From NCBI GenBank assembly GCA_951406725.2, contig OX597833.1:53258001-53322000 (forward strand): a stretch of DNA of 64,000 nucleotides, in the 5' to 3' direction. The notes beneath the pieces are model-generated. The model had not been told where the DNA came from, searched no databases, and saw only the letters and a list, made by a program, of their open reading frames with translations. Source of the DNA: Octopus vulgaris. Its lineage: Eukaryota. Shown here piece after piece: positions 1-13,075 of the stretch; the first letter of the stretch is position 1, and each line of letters starts with the position of its first letter. Made by a program: the position numbers and the translations under genes.

Positions 1-1222
1 GTATATATACATGTACATACACACATAAATATATGGATATATATGTGTGTATGTATATATATATATATATATATACACATACACATATATATCCAAATAT
101 TCATGTGTGTGTATGCGTGTATATATATGTATATATATACTCACATGCACATGCACACTCATCTATGCATTTTTATAGCGATGCTTACAAACACATATTC
201 GCATATATATATATGCAAATATGTATGTGTATATGCATGTGTATATGTATATGCACACACACACAAACACACACACACATATTCAAAGAGAGAGGGAGAC
301 GGGAAATGAAGAGAATATTAAGAGGAAATTAACGTAAAATAAAAGAAACAGATTCGGAGCTGAGAAAAAGTCACTATAAGTACAAGAGGAAGAGAAGATG
401 TGAGAACATATAAACATACGAACGTAAATACATGCATATATGTATGTGTGTGTGTATGTATGTATGTGTTTGTGTGTATACATATATGTGAACATGCATA
501 GAGAGGGAGAGCAATAGAGATACCGATGGAGGATAAAGAGCTGAGACACATAGAATAATAATAGTGAAATACAAATAATACAGAGAGAGAGAGTAGAACT
601 ACGGGAATGATAAGGACGCAGAGAAGTATACAATACGCATACACACACACACAGAGACAGAAGCACACACACGCACACAGAAACACATACATGCACACAT
701 ATTGACATAACAAAAAAAAATGAATAAGGCCACTTATGTACTTAAATATTGATCAACGACGAAAACCGTGGGTGGTTTGAAAATGGTTGTTTTCATTGTA
801 GACTTGTGGGGGTTTTTTTGGAGGGTTTGTTTTTCTTTTATTTGTTTCATTTAGGGATCTGGAAACAACCGCATACTGGCCTACAGGTTTTGTAAACAGC
901 TAAACGTAAGTATCGTCTGCGTGATGATGGTGGTGGTGGGAGTAAGGGAAGGAGGGAGGGAGTAAGTGCTGTTTTGTCCGTGGTTAGCCGACATGTTTTT
1001 TGTCGTCTGTTGTTGAATCAAACTATCGTGATGTCTATGGCCGGGTAAAGGAAACACGGCAAAGAATATCAGGTGCATCCATGTATGAGTATCTTGGTGT
1101 TATCGTTGCCGTGTTTGTTTTGCGTTTTGATTTCATTTGGTTTGCTCGCCTGAAGAAGGAGATGACTAAGTATTAAATGCATATACATATACGTACGTAC
1201 GTGTGTGTGTGTGTGTGTATAC

Positions 1223-1267
<45 letters not shown>

Positions 1268-1329
1268 CATACATACACACACATATATATACGTACATAT
1301 ATACATATATATACATACATATCTATATG

Positions 1330-1400
<71 letters not shown>

Positions 1401-1418
1401 GTATATATATGTATATAT

Positions 1419-1518
<100 letters not shown>

Positions 1519-1639
1519 CATATAAATGTATGTATGTATATATATATGTATATATATATGTATATATATTAGCTTAAAAGCCTTCATATCGGGCGACTTT
1601 TAAGCTAGTATATAGCTTTTAAGCAGCTGACCCTGAATG

Positions 1640-1800
1640 GGAAGATCTGCAAACAGATCTCTGACTTGTCTTGGAGAATTTGTTGCAGTTGCTTCCTTCA
1701 GAGTCATATCCCAATGTAGATCATATTCGTCGCAAAAAAAAATCATGTAAAAAAAATCGTCGAAAACAATCGTAGTAATGGAAACACAGGAATCCAAAAT
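1640..1800 (-). mobile_element. Probable Helitron Rep/helicase fragment
   Basis: Minus frame DEYDLHWDMTLKEATATNSPRQVRDLFA fits the Helitron RepHel linker pattern (DxxWxxTLxEAxxxxSPxQLRxLFA), recalled from memory. Confidence 0.55.
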
Positions 1801-1879
1801 TTCAAGATTTCAGGTCCGGATTTGGCCCTGAATGATTTTGATTTACTCACTGTCTCTATGCCTACAATTATTCTCACTC

Positions 1880-2400
1880 CATTCATCTTTGGACTTTCTT
1901 GGTGAAGTTCACTAGTTACATGGGGGTGTTCTGATCCCCAGATTCTCACACTATGTGTGTTCAGTTTCCATGAAACATGTAAGGTTGCCTCTTCACTAAA
2001 AGAAACTCGGGTGAGGAACGCTGAATCCTTAGAAATTCGTTCCAGCATGTTAACTGCAAACACTTTTCGTCTTGGTTTATCATTTGGTTCGAGTGCCTAA
2101 GAGTACTTTGTGCTCTATTGAATGTGGTAGCTATAACTGTCTGGCAGCAGTACGTATGGACTTTGTAGGAGAACTAGCAAAGGCTTGTCGTATACCATCG
2201 ATGTTTTCCTTAGATAATTTTGATCATCCACCCCTCCCATTATCCAACACTGTTCATCTTTCCATAAATTTCTTGTGTCATGCACGAATTGACGGACGTG
2301 ACGCTGGATGTATCCCATACTTAATTCTGTAGTGTCACTGAGTCTGTATGTCCGATTTTGTTTCAATAAATCACGCCTAGTGGCGGTTCAGCAGGCGTTG
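1880..2400 (-). mobile_element. Degenerate Tc1/mariner-superfamily transposase fragment
   Basis: HTH-like ENIDGIRQAFASSPTKSIRTAARQL*LPHS followed by catalytic-domain start FLTRVSFSEEATLHVSWKLNTHSVRIWGSEHPH; contains stops and deletions. Confidence 0.8.
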
Positions 2401-2468
2401 GTTGGTCCGAGGCTATAATAGCAGACACCTGCATAAGGATATATATATATATATATTTATATATATAC

Positions 2469-2581
<113 letters not shown>

Positions 2582-2851
2582 ATTGGACGGTATGGACGTT
2601 TTGTTTTGGTGTCTCGCTATGCCATATACGACTATGAGGATTTGCATTCCCAACGAAACTCGTCTTTTTCCCAAACTTCTTCTCAAACCTGCTATAATGT
2701 AATACATGTCTTTGGTGTGGTAATTGTACGCGGCTGAAGAAGGCTATTGACATACATGTTACATCAATTATGCATTGATATAAATTGTCCAATAAAGCCA
2801 GAAACATATATACCGCTAAATCCTTTGCATCCTGTTTTTCTTTTGATAAAT

Positions 2852-2899
<48 letters not shown>

Positions 2900-3364
2900 G
2901 AAAGAATTACAAAGAATACGGAGACTCGTACATTTTCAAATTTTTCTTTTAATTTTATCATTTAATTAATTATACAGCGAAATTAATCAAAATGTCCGAC
3001 ACGTGTTTCTGCAGCGTAGAGAATGTGCGGTCGTATATACAACCCGCAATTTTCTACCGTACACCTTCATTCATTTCGTCCTGGAACTAAGGTTAACATG
3101 AGGTCAGATGCAAAGTGAATTTTATAGTTATATGAGGTTTCATCCTTTCCTCTTCTCTTTCCTTTTGTATCTAAAACCATAGTAAGATAAAGAAATAAGC
3201 TAGCCACGCTTAAATGAATTCCGTTGGTTTCAAACCTCGCTTGCGAACGAAGGTGCATAGCAGAATATTACAAGTTGCATATGAATAAGAATTAGGCTTA
3301 CAAAGAATAAGTCTTGAGGCGGTGCTCCAGCATGGCCGTAGTCAAATGACTGAAACAAATAAAG

Positions 3365-3409
<45 letters not shown>

Positions 3410-3730
3410 CATATTATATTATATTATATATAAATATATATGTATATGTGTTTGTATGTATGTATGTATGTATGTGTCTTTGTGTCTCTGTCCTCCACCA
3501 CCGCTTAACAACCGATTCTCGTGCGTTTACGTTCCCATAACTTAGAGGTTCGGCAAAAGGGGGCCGATAGAATAAGTACCAGACTTAAAAATGCAAGTAA
3601 CGGGGTCGATTCGTTCGACTTAGAATTCTTCAAGGCGGTGCCCCAGCACGGCCTCAGTCACATGGTTGAAACACGTGAACGAAAAGGATAAAATATCTAG
3701 TAACTACACGAGTCTATGACCGGATTCATT

Positions 3731-4054
3731 GTTTGTTCCTTCTAGCGCCACGCCTGGCTCATTAGGGCCGGTTTTCCCGGTTTCCTTGGCGTATAGGTTC
3801 CCCACCTGGACGGGACGCCGGTCCGTTCGCAGGTGATCTGCTAGATGCTGGAGGAAAGAGTGAGAGAAAGTTGTGGCGAAAGAGTCAGCAGAAGTTCGCC
3901 ATTACCTTCTGCCGTCGCCGCGTAGAGCTTAGGTGTTTCGCTCATAAACACACACTTCGCCCGGTCTAAGATTCAAACCCGAGATTCGCCCGGTCTGAGA
4001 TTCGAATCCCTTGAGCGCGAGTCCGCTGCTCTAACCACTAGGCCATGTGCCTCC
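3731..4054 (-). mobile_element. tRNA-derived SINE with target-site duplication
   Basis: Head GGAGGCACATGGCCTAGTGGTTAGAGCAGCGGACTCG...GATTCGAATCTC (A and B boxes); flanked by GGATTCATT at 3722-3730 and 4055-4063. Confidence 0.8.
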
Positions 4055-4432
4055 GGATTCATTCATCTTCCAGTGCGCCCTTTTCAGACAAGACTGTCAT
4101 ATTAGACGAGGTGATTTCTGAAAGTAAATTTAACTGCTATTACTAGCGGATCGGTCGACCACTTACGGGTTCTCCTTTTGCTTCATTTAACTACACAAGT
4201 TTAAACAGCCATGTCAGCGTGTTAAACAAGCTGTTGTTTATATTTGTACAGGTAAGCATGCGTGGCTTGGCATGCTAGAGGTTGGTAGCTTGTTTTTTTT
4301 TTCTATTTACACCTGCCCCGAAAATATCCTTTGATGTACGAAGTATGAGGTTTAAAGCCTGTTGCTTTCTGCTTTTTCATCATTACTGTGTATTCTGGCA
4401 CTGATGATGTTTGTAGTAGCAGCAGCAGTACC

Positions 4433-4484
<52 letters not shown>

Positions 4485-4764
4485 ATGGTCGTGGTGGTGG
4501 TGGTGGCGGTGATTGGTGTGTTGGTGGTAGTGATGGTGGTACCTGTGGTGTTGCAGTTTGTAATGTGTGGGGATGATGCAGTTGTATTAGTTGTAGTAGG
4601 GGAGGTGAGGTGGCGGTGGCGACGGTACCAGTGGTGGTAGTGACGCTGGCGGTGGTGATAGTTGTGGTGGCGGTGCTGGTGGTGGTGGTGGTGGTAGTGC
4701 TGGTGCTGGTTTTTGATTGGTGGCAGTGAGACGACGGTGTTGGTTGAAACCACAATATAAACCT

Positions 4765-5562
4765 CCTCGTCGAAGCAAGAGACCGTCGGACTCTTAGGCG
4801 AATTGCTAGAAAGGATCACAAAAGCACAGCTCTCAAAATTACTGCAGAACTTAATGATCACCTCGAGAACCCAGTTTCTACAAAAACTGTTCGCCGGGAG
4901 CTGCACAAAGCCGGATTTCATGGAAGGGCTGTAATCAGAAAACCACTAGTTTCAAAAACAAACGTTGCAAAGAGTTTAGAGTGGAGTAAAAACCTACAGA
5001 ATTGGTTCCTAGAGCAGTGGAAGAATGTTATTTTCTCGGACGAGTCAACCGTTACCTTATTTCCGACCACCGGCCGAGTATACGTGTGGAGACAGCCAAA
5101 AGAAGCATTGAACCCAGACTACCTTCTTCCAACTGTTAAACACGGAGGAGGGTCTGTGATGATCTGGGGCGGGGAAATATCTTGGAAATCTGCTGGCCCA
5201 ATGGTTTCCCTTCATGGCAGAATTAATAGTCAAGACTCTAAGCATTTTATCTAATCAAATTCATCCTAAGGTTGCAGAACTGATTCTGGTGGGAAACGCA
5301 ATCTTTCAGGATAATAATGCACCAATTCACACTGCTAAAGTTGTTACTGAATGGCACGAGGAACGTTATAGTGAAATTAAACATCTTATCTGGCAATCAC
5401 AGTCCCCAGATCTCAATATTATTGAAGATTTGTGGTGCATTTGAGAAAAACAAGTAAGGAGTCGATATCCTCCACCATCATCACTATAAGAACTGGAGAC
5501 TGTTTTAGCTGAAGTGTGGACAAAAATTCCTTTGGAAACAATTCAAACTTTGTACGAGTCCA
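4765..5562 (+). mobile_element. Tc1-family (DD34E-type) transposase pseudogene fragment
   Basis: VSTKTVRRELHKAGFHGRAVIRKPL, WKNVIFSDES, PTVKHGGGSVMIWG, FQDNNAPIHTAK, WQSQSPDLNIIEDLW; frameshifts and stops; no TIRs seen. Confidence 0.92.
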
Positions 5563-5760
5563 TATATATAACTTACCGATTCAGCAAAAGAGATCGATAG
5601 AATAAGTACCACACTTTAAAAAAAAAAGATGTATGTATGTATGTATGTATGTATGTATGTATGTATGTATGTATCTACTTATGTATGTAATGTATCTATT
5701 TATGTATGTAATGTATGTATGTATGTACGTACGTATGTTTGTGCATATGTGTGTATGTTA

Positions 5761-6044
5761 GTGGAAGGCGTGTGGCTTAGTGGTTGGGGTATTTAGTTCA
5801 CGATCGTAAGGTCATGAGTTCGATTCCCGGTGGTGTATTGTTTCCTTGAGCAAGACACTTTTTTCTCGTTGCTCCAGTTCACTCAAAATGGCCGGCCTTG
5901 TCACACTCAGTGTCATGCTGAATCTCCTTGAGAACTACGTTAAGGATACACATGTCTGCGGAGCGCTCGGTCACTTGCACGCTAATTTCACGAGCAGGCT
6001 GTTCCGTTGATCGAATCAACTAGAACCCACTTCGTCGTAACCAA

Positions 6045-6047
<3 letters not shown>
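5761..6047 (+). mobile_element. tRNA-derived SINE (CORE-like body)
   Basis: TGGCTTAGTGG...GAGTTCGATTCCC head, then CCTTGAGCAAGACACTT; tail shared with the copy at 62730-63110. Confidence 0.75.
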
Positions 6048-6090
<43 letters not shown>

Positions 6091-6250
6091 AACCATATGT
6101 ATGTATACACATACAAATAAATATAGGCCTTCTGAGTCAAACAGGTTAGAGGGAAAACTGCAGAGAAGCTAGTAAGATGGATTGTACCTGGAATTCAAAG
6201 GTCTTGCCGCTTCGTATTTTGTGTCATGCTGAATCAGACGGATAATAATG

Positions 6251-8000
6251 TTAACACTTTAGCATTTAGATTATTTTGTCAAATATAATATTTATTCACA
6301 TTATTTTGAATTAATCATGCGTTATTACGTAGCTTCAAGATTTCGAAAATGGGATTGTATATTTGCGGGGTCTTTTGGTACATTAATGTAGTTTTCCAAG
6401 CTGAATCTCGAGAGATATTTCACTTTTGTCAGAAATTAAAAAAAAATTTTTTTTTAAAAAAGAAGTTTAAAGTTTGATCATTTTCATCCAGTCAGAAAAC
6501 AGGATTTGGAAGCTGTCATTTTGTGCGTGATAAAACGTGTTATCATTTGTAAACAAACCAAATTCTGCTTTATGCAAACCATATAACCCCTTATAGCTTT
6601 TTTATTTTCGGGAATTTTCAGAAAATTGTTACGAATTTGTAATCTACACACGGGAATTCATGCGATTATCCATAAATAAGATAAAAAAAGTTTGGTGCGT
6701 GATTTAAAGCCTATTTGGCTGTTATTTATAGCACATCTGACGACCACCTCAGTGAGTGGGAAATATTTGTCAACACGTGTTTTCTTGCAGACAAAAGAGT
6801 TCTCATGCTTGGCTTGTTACTATGAAAACATGCATGAATGTGTCTGTGGTTTACGATTGGTTAAAATTACCCAAATTTTGCAAACTTTAAAAGCTAATTA
6901 CTCTTTATTGATTTATAGCGAAAATGAATTTCAAAGCAATGATCTCTATTTCTATAAACGGCAAAATGTCTGTGTATCTGTGTGTCTGTGTGTCCTTTAT
7001 ACAAATCCACAGTTTTTCAGGTAAAAGACTCGCATTTTCTATGGGCTTTCAAAACTGTCTGAGGGTGGTCGTGAAGATCTTTTCATTTCCCCAGTCACCC
7101 CAGAAAACCATTAAAAAATCGATAAACCGACCCCCTTATGCCCATAAGTTGTTATGCGGCCAAATTCGAGTTTTTCGCTTTCTTCTGCCTCCTTTTTTGT
7201 CCGACTAATAGCATATGCACAGTCCCGCTAATTTTCCATGATTATGCCGTTCCAGGTATGAAAACCGAAGTCCAACGAATAATAATTACTCTCATAAAAA
7301 GCTCCAACTAGCTCATAAACAACCAAACTAGCCCGGGGCTGAAATGTGATAAGAAACATAGCTCTTGATTTAGTGAGAAATTTTTACTGCGACCCGACAA
7401 CGAACAACAAGCGCTGGATCATAGTGTTAGTTACTCTTTTACTCTTTCACTTGTTTCAGTCATTTGACTGCGGCCATGCTGGAGCACCACCTTTAATCGA
7501 GCAACTCGACCCCGGGACTTATTCTTTTGTAAGCCCAGTACTTATTCTATCGGTCTCTTTTTTGCCGAACCGCTAAGTAATGGGGACATAAACACACCAG
7601 CATCGGTTGTCAAGCGATGCTAGGAGGACAAACACAGACACGCAAACACACACATACATATATATATATATACATATATACGACGAGCTTCTTTCAGTTT
7701 CCGTCTACCAAATCCACTCACAAGGCTTTGGTCGGCCCGAGGTTATAGTAGAAGACACTTACCACACAGCCACTCCTGTGCCTATAAAACTACATTAGCA
7801 TATAAAACTACATTATTACACCGAATACGAAATCAATTCGAGCAGAACTTAAAGAGATTGAAAACTAATGGCCAAACAGAAAAGATCCTATTTTTGCTAT
7901 GACCATTGTAGGTATGAAAGGCTAGATTCGAACCATTTTGGACATAGAACCGGTAGAATACTTTGGCTTGATATGGTCGGTTTAAATGCTAAAGGGTTAA
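6251..8000. mobile_element. TTAA-flanked (piggyBac-type) MITE split by a ~1.5-kb nested insertion
   Basis: 6251-6366 and 7889-8000 align with the left and right halves of the intact copy at 47670-47897. Confidence 0.7.
7430..7782 (-). mobile_element. SINE family A copy (internally deleted)
   Basis: Matches the full family A copies at 28573-28985 and 61390-61802. Confidence 0.8.
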
Positions 8001-8485
8001 AAATACATATGTCGGCAGAATATTCAACCACGAATAGATTAATTTAACGAACAGATGAATGCTCATCGTCGAAACTGATGGAGGATATATCCGTCATGTG
8101 TGTGCGTGCGCAGTTATGTTTGTATAGATGGATAGATGTATATTTATGTGTGTATGTATGCGTGTATGTGTATAAGTATATGAGCTATGTATGTATTGAT
8201 GGATAGACTGTGTGTGCGTATATGTATTTATGCTTGTATGTAGAGATGTATAGATAGAATGGTATGTATGTTTATGTACGAGACTTTGAAACGTATACAG
8301 GTATGTATGCATGTATATATGTATGTATGTTTATGTATAAGTGTATAAAATGTATACATGTATGCATGTATATATGTATGTAGGTAGGTAGGTAGGTAGG
8401 TACGTAGGTACGCTTGCATATATATGAGTATGTATGTAGGTACATACACGTATGTATGCAGGTGCGTACGACTGTATGTAAGTGT

Positions 8486-8536
<51 letters not shown>

Positions 8537-10173
8537 CGTGCGTATGTGCAAGTTTCTAAAGCCGGACTCTGATAAAATGCGATGCGTTTTTATCCATGTT
8601 TTGTATGGTGCATACATTTTATGTATGTACATGTGTATGAGACATAAACACACACAAACACATACACACACGTTCATATACACACATACATACATGCTCA
8701 AATACACACACATACACACACATACACACACACGGCGCTGTGTTTATATACATGTCTTTCCTAAATTACTGAATGAATATGCGTCCGTATGTATGTATGT
8801 TTGTTTACGTATGTTTATCTTTCCACGCCTGCGTGCCTATATACACAAATGCTAATGTAGACAAATCTACGTTTTCGTGCGTATACAAATGTACGTAGGT
8901 GCGTGTATATGTGTATTATATCTATTATGAATCTATGTATGTATATATGTGGTAAGTTAAGATACATACGAAGGGAATGAGTGGGAGAAAAAAGTCAAGT
9001 TCACACGTCTATTCGATTATGTTAAGTGCAAGACATCCCGTCACCGTACGTACCTCCGTCACCATCACCATCACTATCACCATCATCACTTTTGATACTC
9101 TTATACATAAGCCACCATTGCCACCACCACCTCCGTCATTCTCCTTCTAATATCACTACCAGTTCACTGGGTGCAGAGAATCGCTAACAAACTAACATGT
9201 ATTGGAATCGAGTTTCTTAAATACACTCGTTCAACTTCTCTTTTCTTTCTTTTTTTTTTTTTTTTGCACACAGGTCGCTGGCGACTCTCGTTGGGGGAAA
9301 CAAGATGGCCGACAGATGACTGATAAATAACGTCATCAGCATCTTCATAGTCATCATCATCGTCGTCGTCATCCTCATCGCCATTGTAATTGTCGTCGTC
9401 ATCATCATCATCATTACTGTTTATTACATCTATACGTCAGGTTTAACTAGCATCTGTTTGTAAGAAGTGGAAAAGAAAGGAGAAGAGGGACGGACAGGGT
9501 GAGATGTTTAGAATAGACAAGGAAAGAGAAGGAACGTAAGAAAGAAAGAAAGAAAGAAAGAAGGAAAGAAAGATGTTAAGAAGCAATGGGAGAGGTAGAG
9601 AGGAAGGGAGACAACTTGTGTATGGGTCATGCTCTTGTTTTGTCATCGCTTTTGTTATTATAAAAGCATAGAGGGGGTAGTTTTTTTCGTGAAGATTGTA
9701 GTGGTGGTGGCGGCGGCTGTGATGGTGGTGGTGTTGCTTGTTCTAGTGATGGTGGTGGTGGTTATCATTTTTCTCAATGTAATTATCTTATTGTATATCC
9801 GCCATTCTTTATTTTCGGTACAAAGAACTGTTGTGTCTTGTATCTTATACACAGTGATTAAACTTTTAATTGACCTTTTTTTCTCATTTCAGCTGCTGCT
9901 GCTGCTACTATTGCTGTTGCTGTTGTTGCTATGCTTTCACTTGTTTTAGTCATTTGATGATATTGCAGCCCCTTTACTCTTTTACTTGTTTCAGTCATTT
10001 GACTGTGGCCATGCTGGAGCACCGCCTTTAGTCGAACAAATCTACCCCAGGACTTAGTCTTTGTAAGCCTAGTACTTATGCTATCGGTCTCTTATGCCGA
10101 ATCGCTAAGTTACGGGGATGTAAACGCACCAACATCGGTTGTCAAGCGCTGGTGGGCGGACAAACATAGACAC

Positions 10174-11616
10174 AGGTTGGCGTGGGTCGTGGACAAACTT
10201 GTCACAGAAGCGCAAACTTACGCTGTCCCGGGCAGGTCAATCCATGACAATCTCCACCTTATACGCTACTCCTTAGAGCGAGTGAGGAAACTTTCTGACG
10301 CAGGGGGAGCACTGGTGCATTTAGACCAGTCTAAAGCATTTGATAGGGTCGACCATCGGTACTTGACGGCGGTCCTCGGGGAGGCTGGCCTGGGCCCGAC
10401 CTTTCGAGGTCGGATCGCTGCTTTGTATAGCGACATCGAGTCTATCGTCAAGGTGAACGGTTTCTTTTCGAAGCCGCTCAGGATCGAACATGCAGTTCGT
10501 CAGGGGTGTCCCCTGTCTCTGCTTCTGTATGTGTTGGCTCTTGAGCCATTGCTGCAGAAGTTGGAGGTACTAGGGGTGCGCTGCGTGATCTATGGTGTGG
10601 AAGAGGAGCTACAGCGTATGCGGATGACATCTCCATCATCGTGGCAAATGAAGGCCAGCTTCCAGTGGTGGAAGAGGCCATCAAAAGCTACGAGGCGGTG
10701 GCAGGAGCAAAGGTTAACAAGGACAAGTCGGTCAGTTTGCAACTTGGCACCTGGAAGGGCAAGCCGATGGCGTCCAATAACGTTGTGGGGCGTTGGGTGG
10801 AAGCTCCTGTTAAGCTGCTTGGAGTCTGGATTGGTCCAGACCTCCAGATAGAGAAAAACTGGAGTGATGTGGCCAGCAGGGTGACCGTTCTAACCCAGAC
10901 CTGGTCTGGACGGGCGTTATCCTTGCTAGGGAGGGTGGGGTGGTGCAGATGTTTATAGCATCAGTAATCACCTACCGTCTGACTGTGGTGCCTTGCCCCG
11001 ATTTGTGGCAGAACAAGTTGGAGAGAATCCTTTCCGCTTTTTGTGGAAAGGAGGAAAGCCACTTGTAAAGCGCTCTGTCAGCTGCCAGAAACCGCTGAAG
11101 GGTGGGCTAGGGATGCCTTGGCTGAAGATGCGAAAACGCGCGTTAAGTTTGAGGCACCTCTGGCTTTACCTGGATGGAGAGCAGTTGTGGTCACCGCACG
11201 TTCGGTTCTACCTTCTCCAGTTAACGTCCTTAATGGAAATCGGTGCATGGATCAAGCGGAGACCTAAACTGGGGGAATGGCATTTGGAGTGCCATCAGTC
11301 ACTTCAGCTACACTGTCGAGTGGACAACGCCAGCAACAGGAGTTCCACCGCGGATTTCTATAGCGGGTTAGTAGAATTTATGTCAGAAGATGCCTTGGGG
11401 GAGACCCTGGGCTACGATGAAAATCAGTTGGTCAACCTGTTCCGGAGAACGTTCGGGCCGAAGTATCTGGATAATTTCCAGAAATCCCTGGCCTGGCAGT
11501 GTTTCCGTGCGGCGTTACCTGTTTGCGACAAGCTGTCAAGGCATGGAAGTGCCGTCTCGCCGACATGCCCGCGATGTGAGCAGGATAGGGAAACCGTCCT
11601 GCATGCATTCGCCCAT
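10174..11616 (+). mobile_element. Tx1/L1-clade non-LTR retrotransposon ORF2 fragment (RT and zinc finger), frameshifted
   Basis: QTYAVPGRSIHDNLHLIR, LDQSKAFDRVDHRYL, AVRQGCPLSLLLYVLALEP, TAYADDI (10612-10632, second frame), FRFLWKGGKPLVKR, KGGLGMP, CPRCEQDRETVLHAF; abuts a SINE A tail at 9972-10173. Confidence 0.92.
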
Positions 11617-12668
11617 GTAATCTGTGAGCCATCTTTTCTTTGGCTATATAAAACATGAAACTCCACTTACATGTAAACTGTCTTTTAGCTGTCACTAACA
11701 GCCATGTATAAGCCATGTTATTTCTGTTTTTTGGTCTTTGCAAGTTTAAATCCACGTGTTATCCGATTTTTTATTTTCCTTCGACTGAATACCATTTATC
11801 AGCTTTGCACACAACTGACTCTGCAATCACTTCCCATAACACAAATTATCCAATTAACTTTGTAAAACACGAAAATATGAAGGTACATATGATTGATCTT
11901 GAAAATAAAACAGTAGTTCTCTTGAATTTTCCATATTTCAAATTTGTACTTACAACTCATGCTTTCTACCAGCTTGATCAGAAGAGGTCTATTTTATATT
12001 GGTTTGTAGGATGTAAAGGAAAATATACGTAATTCACCATTGTTGTTATCCTTTAATTTCATTAATCTCCTGTACATGTTTACAACCACAACACAGGACA
12101 CCCCATATCTCTAAATATACTCCAATAGACAGACAAAACTATAGAGGATGCCTAACTCACTGTTTAGCTAGATAATCAAAATTGTTTCAGTCTAACAGAT
12201 GAGAACCTCTAGATGGGTATCCGTGCTAGAAGTAGCAGCCAAATCTTTCTTAAACTACACCCTTCAGTCTTGACTCTTTTCCTATCAAAAGCATTTTCAT
12301 AAGTGTACTAAACATCCATGCTTTTTTTCTGACTTTTAGTTAGCCCTTGTTACATATGTTCTGAGCAATATAAAGCTTTCCTTTCACAGGACACAGGACA
12401 AGCAAAGAGTTGATAAAAACAAAAACTCAGATAATGTAGATCAAGTTATAGCATGGGTTGAATGGCTTGACAGGAATTAGCAATCTCGAGGCAACACCAG
12501 GTTCCATAGTCTGTTTTGACTTGATTTCTAAAGCTGGATGCCCCTCCTCCTAACACCAACCACTTTGCAGTGTGTACTGGGTGCCTTTTTACATGGCACT
12601 AGCAGCAGTGATGAGAATAAAAAACAGGGTGCTCAACAATGGGTCTTCTCAATTAGGGCCAAACAACA

Positions 12669-13075
12669 AGGTGGTGAGCTGGCAGAAACGTTAGCATGCC
12701 AGGCGAAATGCTTAGTGGTATTTCGTCTGTCTTTACCTTCTGAGTTCAAATTCTGCCAAGGTTGACTTTGCCTTTAATCCTTTCTGGGTCGATTAAATAA
12801 GTACCAGTTATGCACTGGGGTCGATGTAATCAACTTGATCCGTGTGTCTGTCCTTGTTTTTCCCCTCTGTGTTTAGTCCCTTGTGGGTAGTAAAGAAATA
12901 GGCATTTCGTCTGAGTTCGAGTTCTGAGTTCTGAGTTCAAATTCCGCCAAGGTTGACTTCGCCTTTCATCCTTTCGGGTTTGATAAATCAAGTACCAGTT
13001 ACATACAGGGGTCGATCCAATCGACTGGCCCTGCTCCTCAAAAATTTTGAGCCTTGTGCCTAGAGTAAAAAAGAA
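12669..13075 (+). mobile_element. SINE family B dimer (long-tail unit followed by short-tail unit)
   Basis: GGTGAGCTGGCAGAAACGTTAGC head; the GACTTTGCCTTTCATCCTTTCGGG-type core occurs twice with two different tails. Confidence 0.8.

Noticed and set aside
4303-4760. Thr/Pro/His-rich mucin-like ORFs
   Set aside because: (GTA)n and (GTG)n triplet repeats next to a Tc1 remnant.
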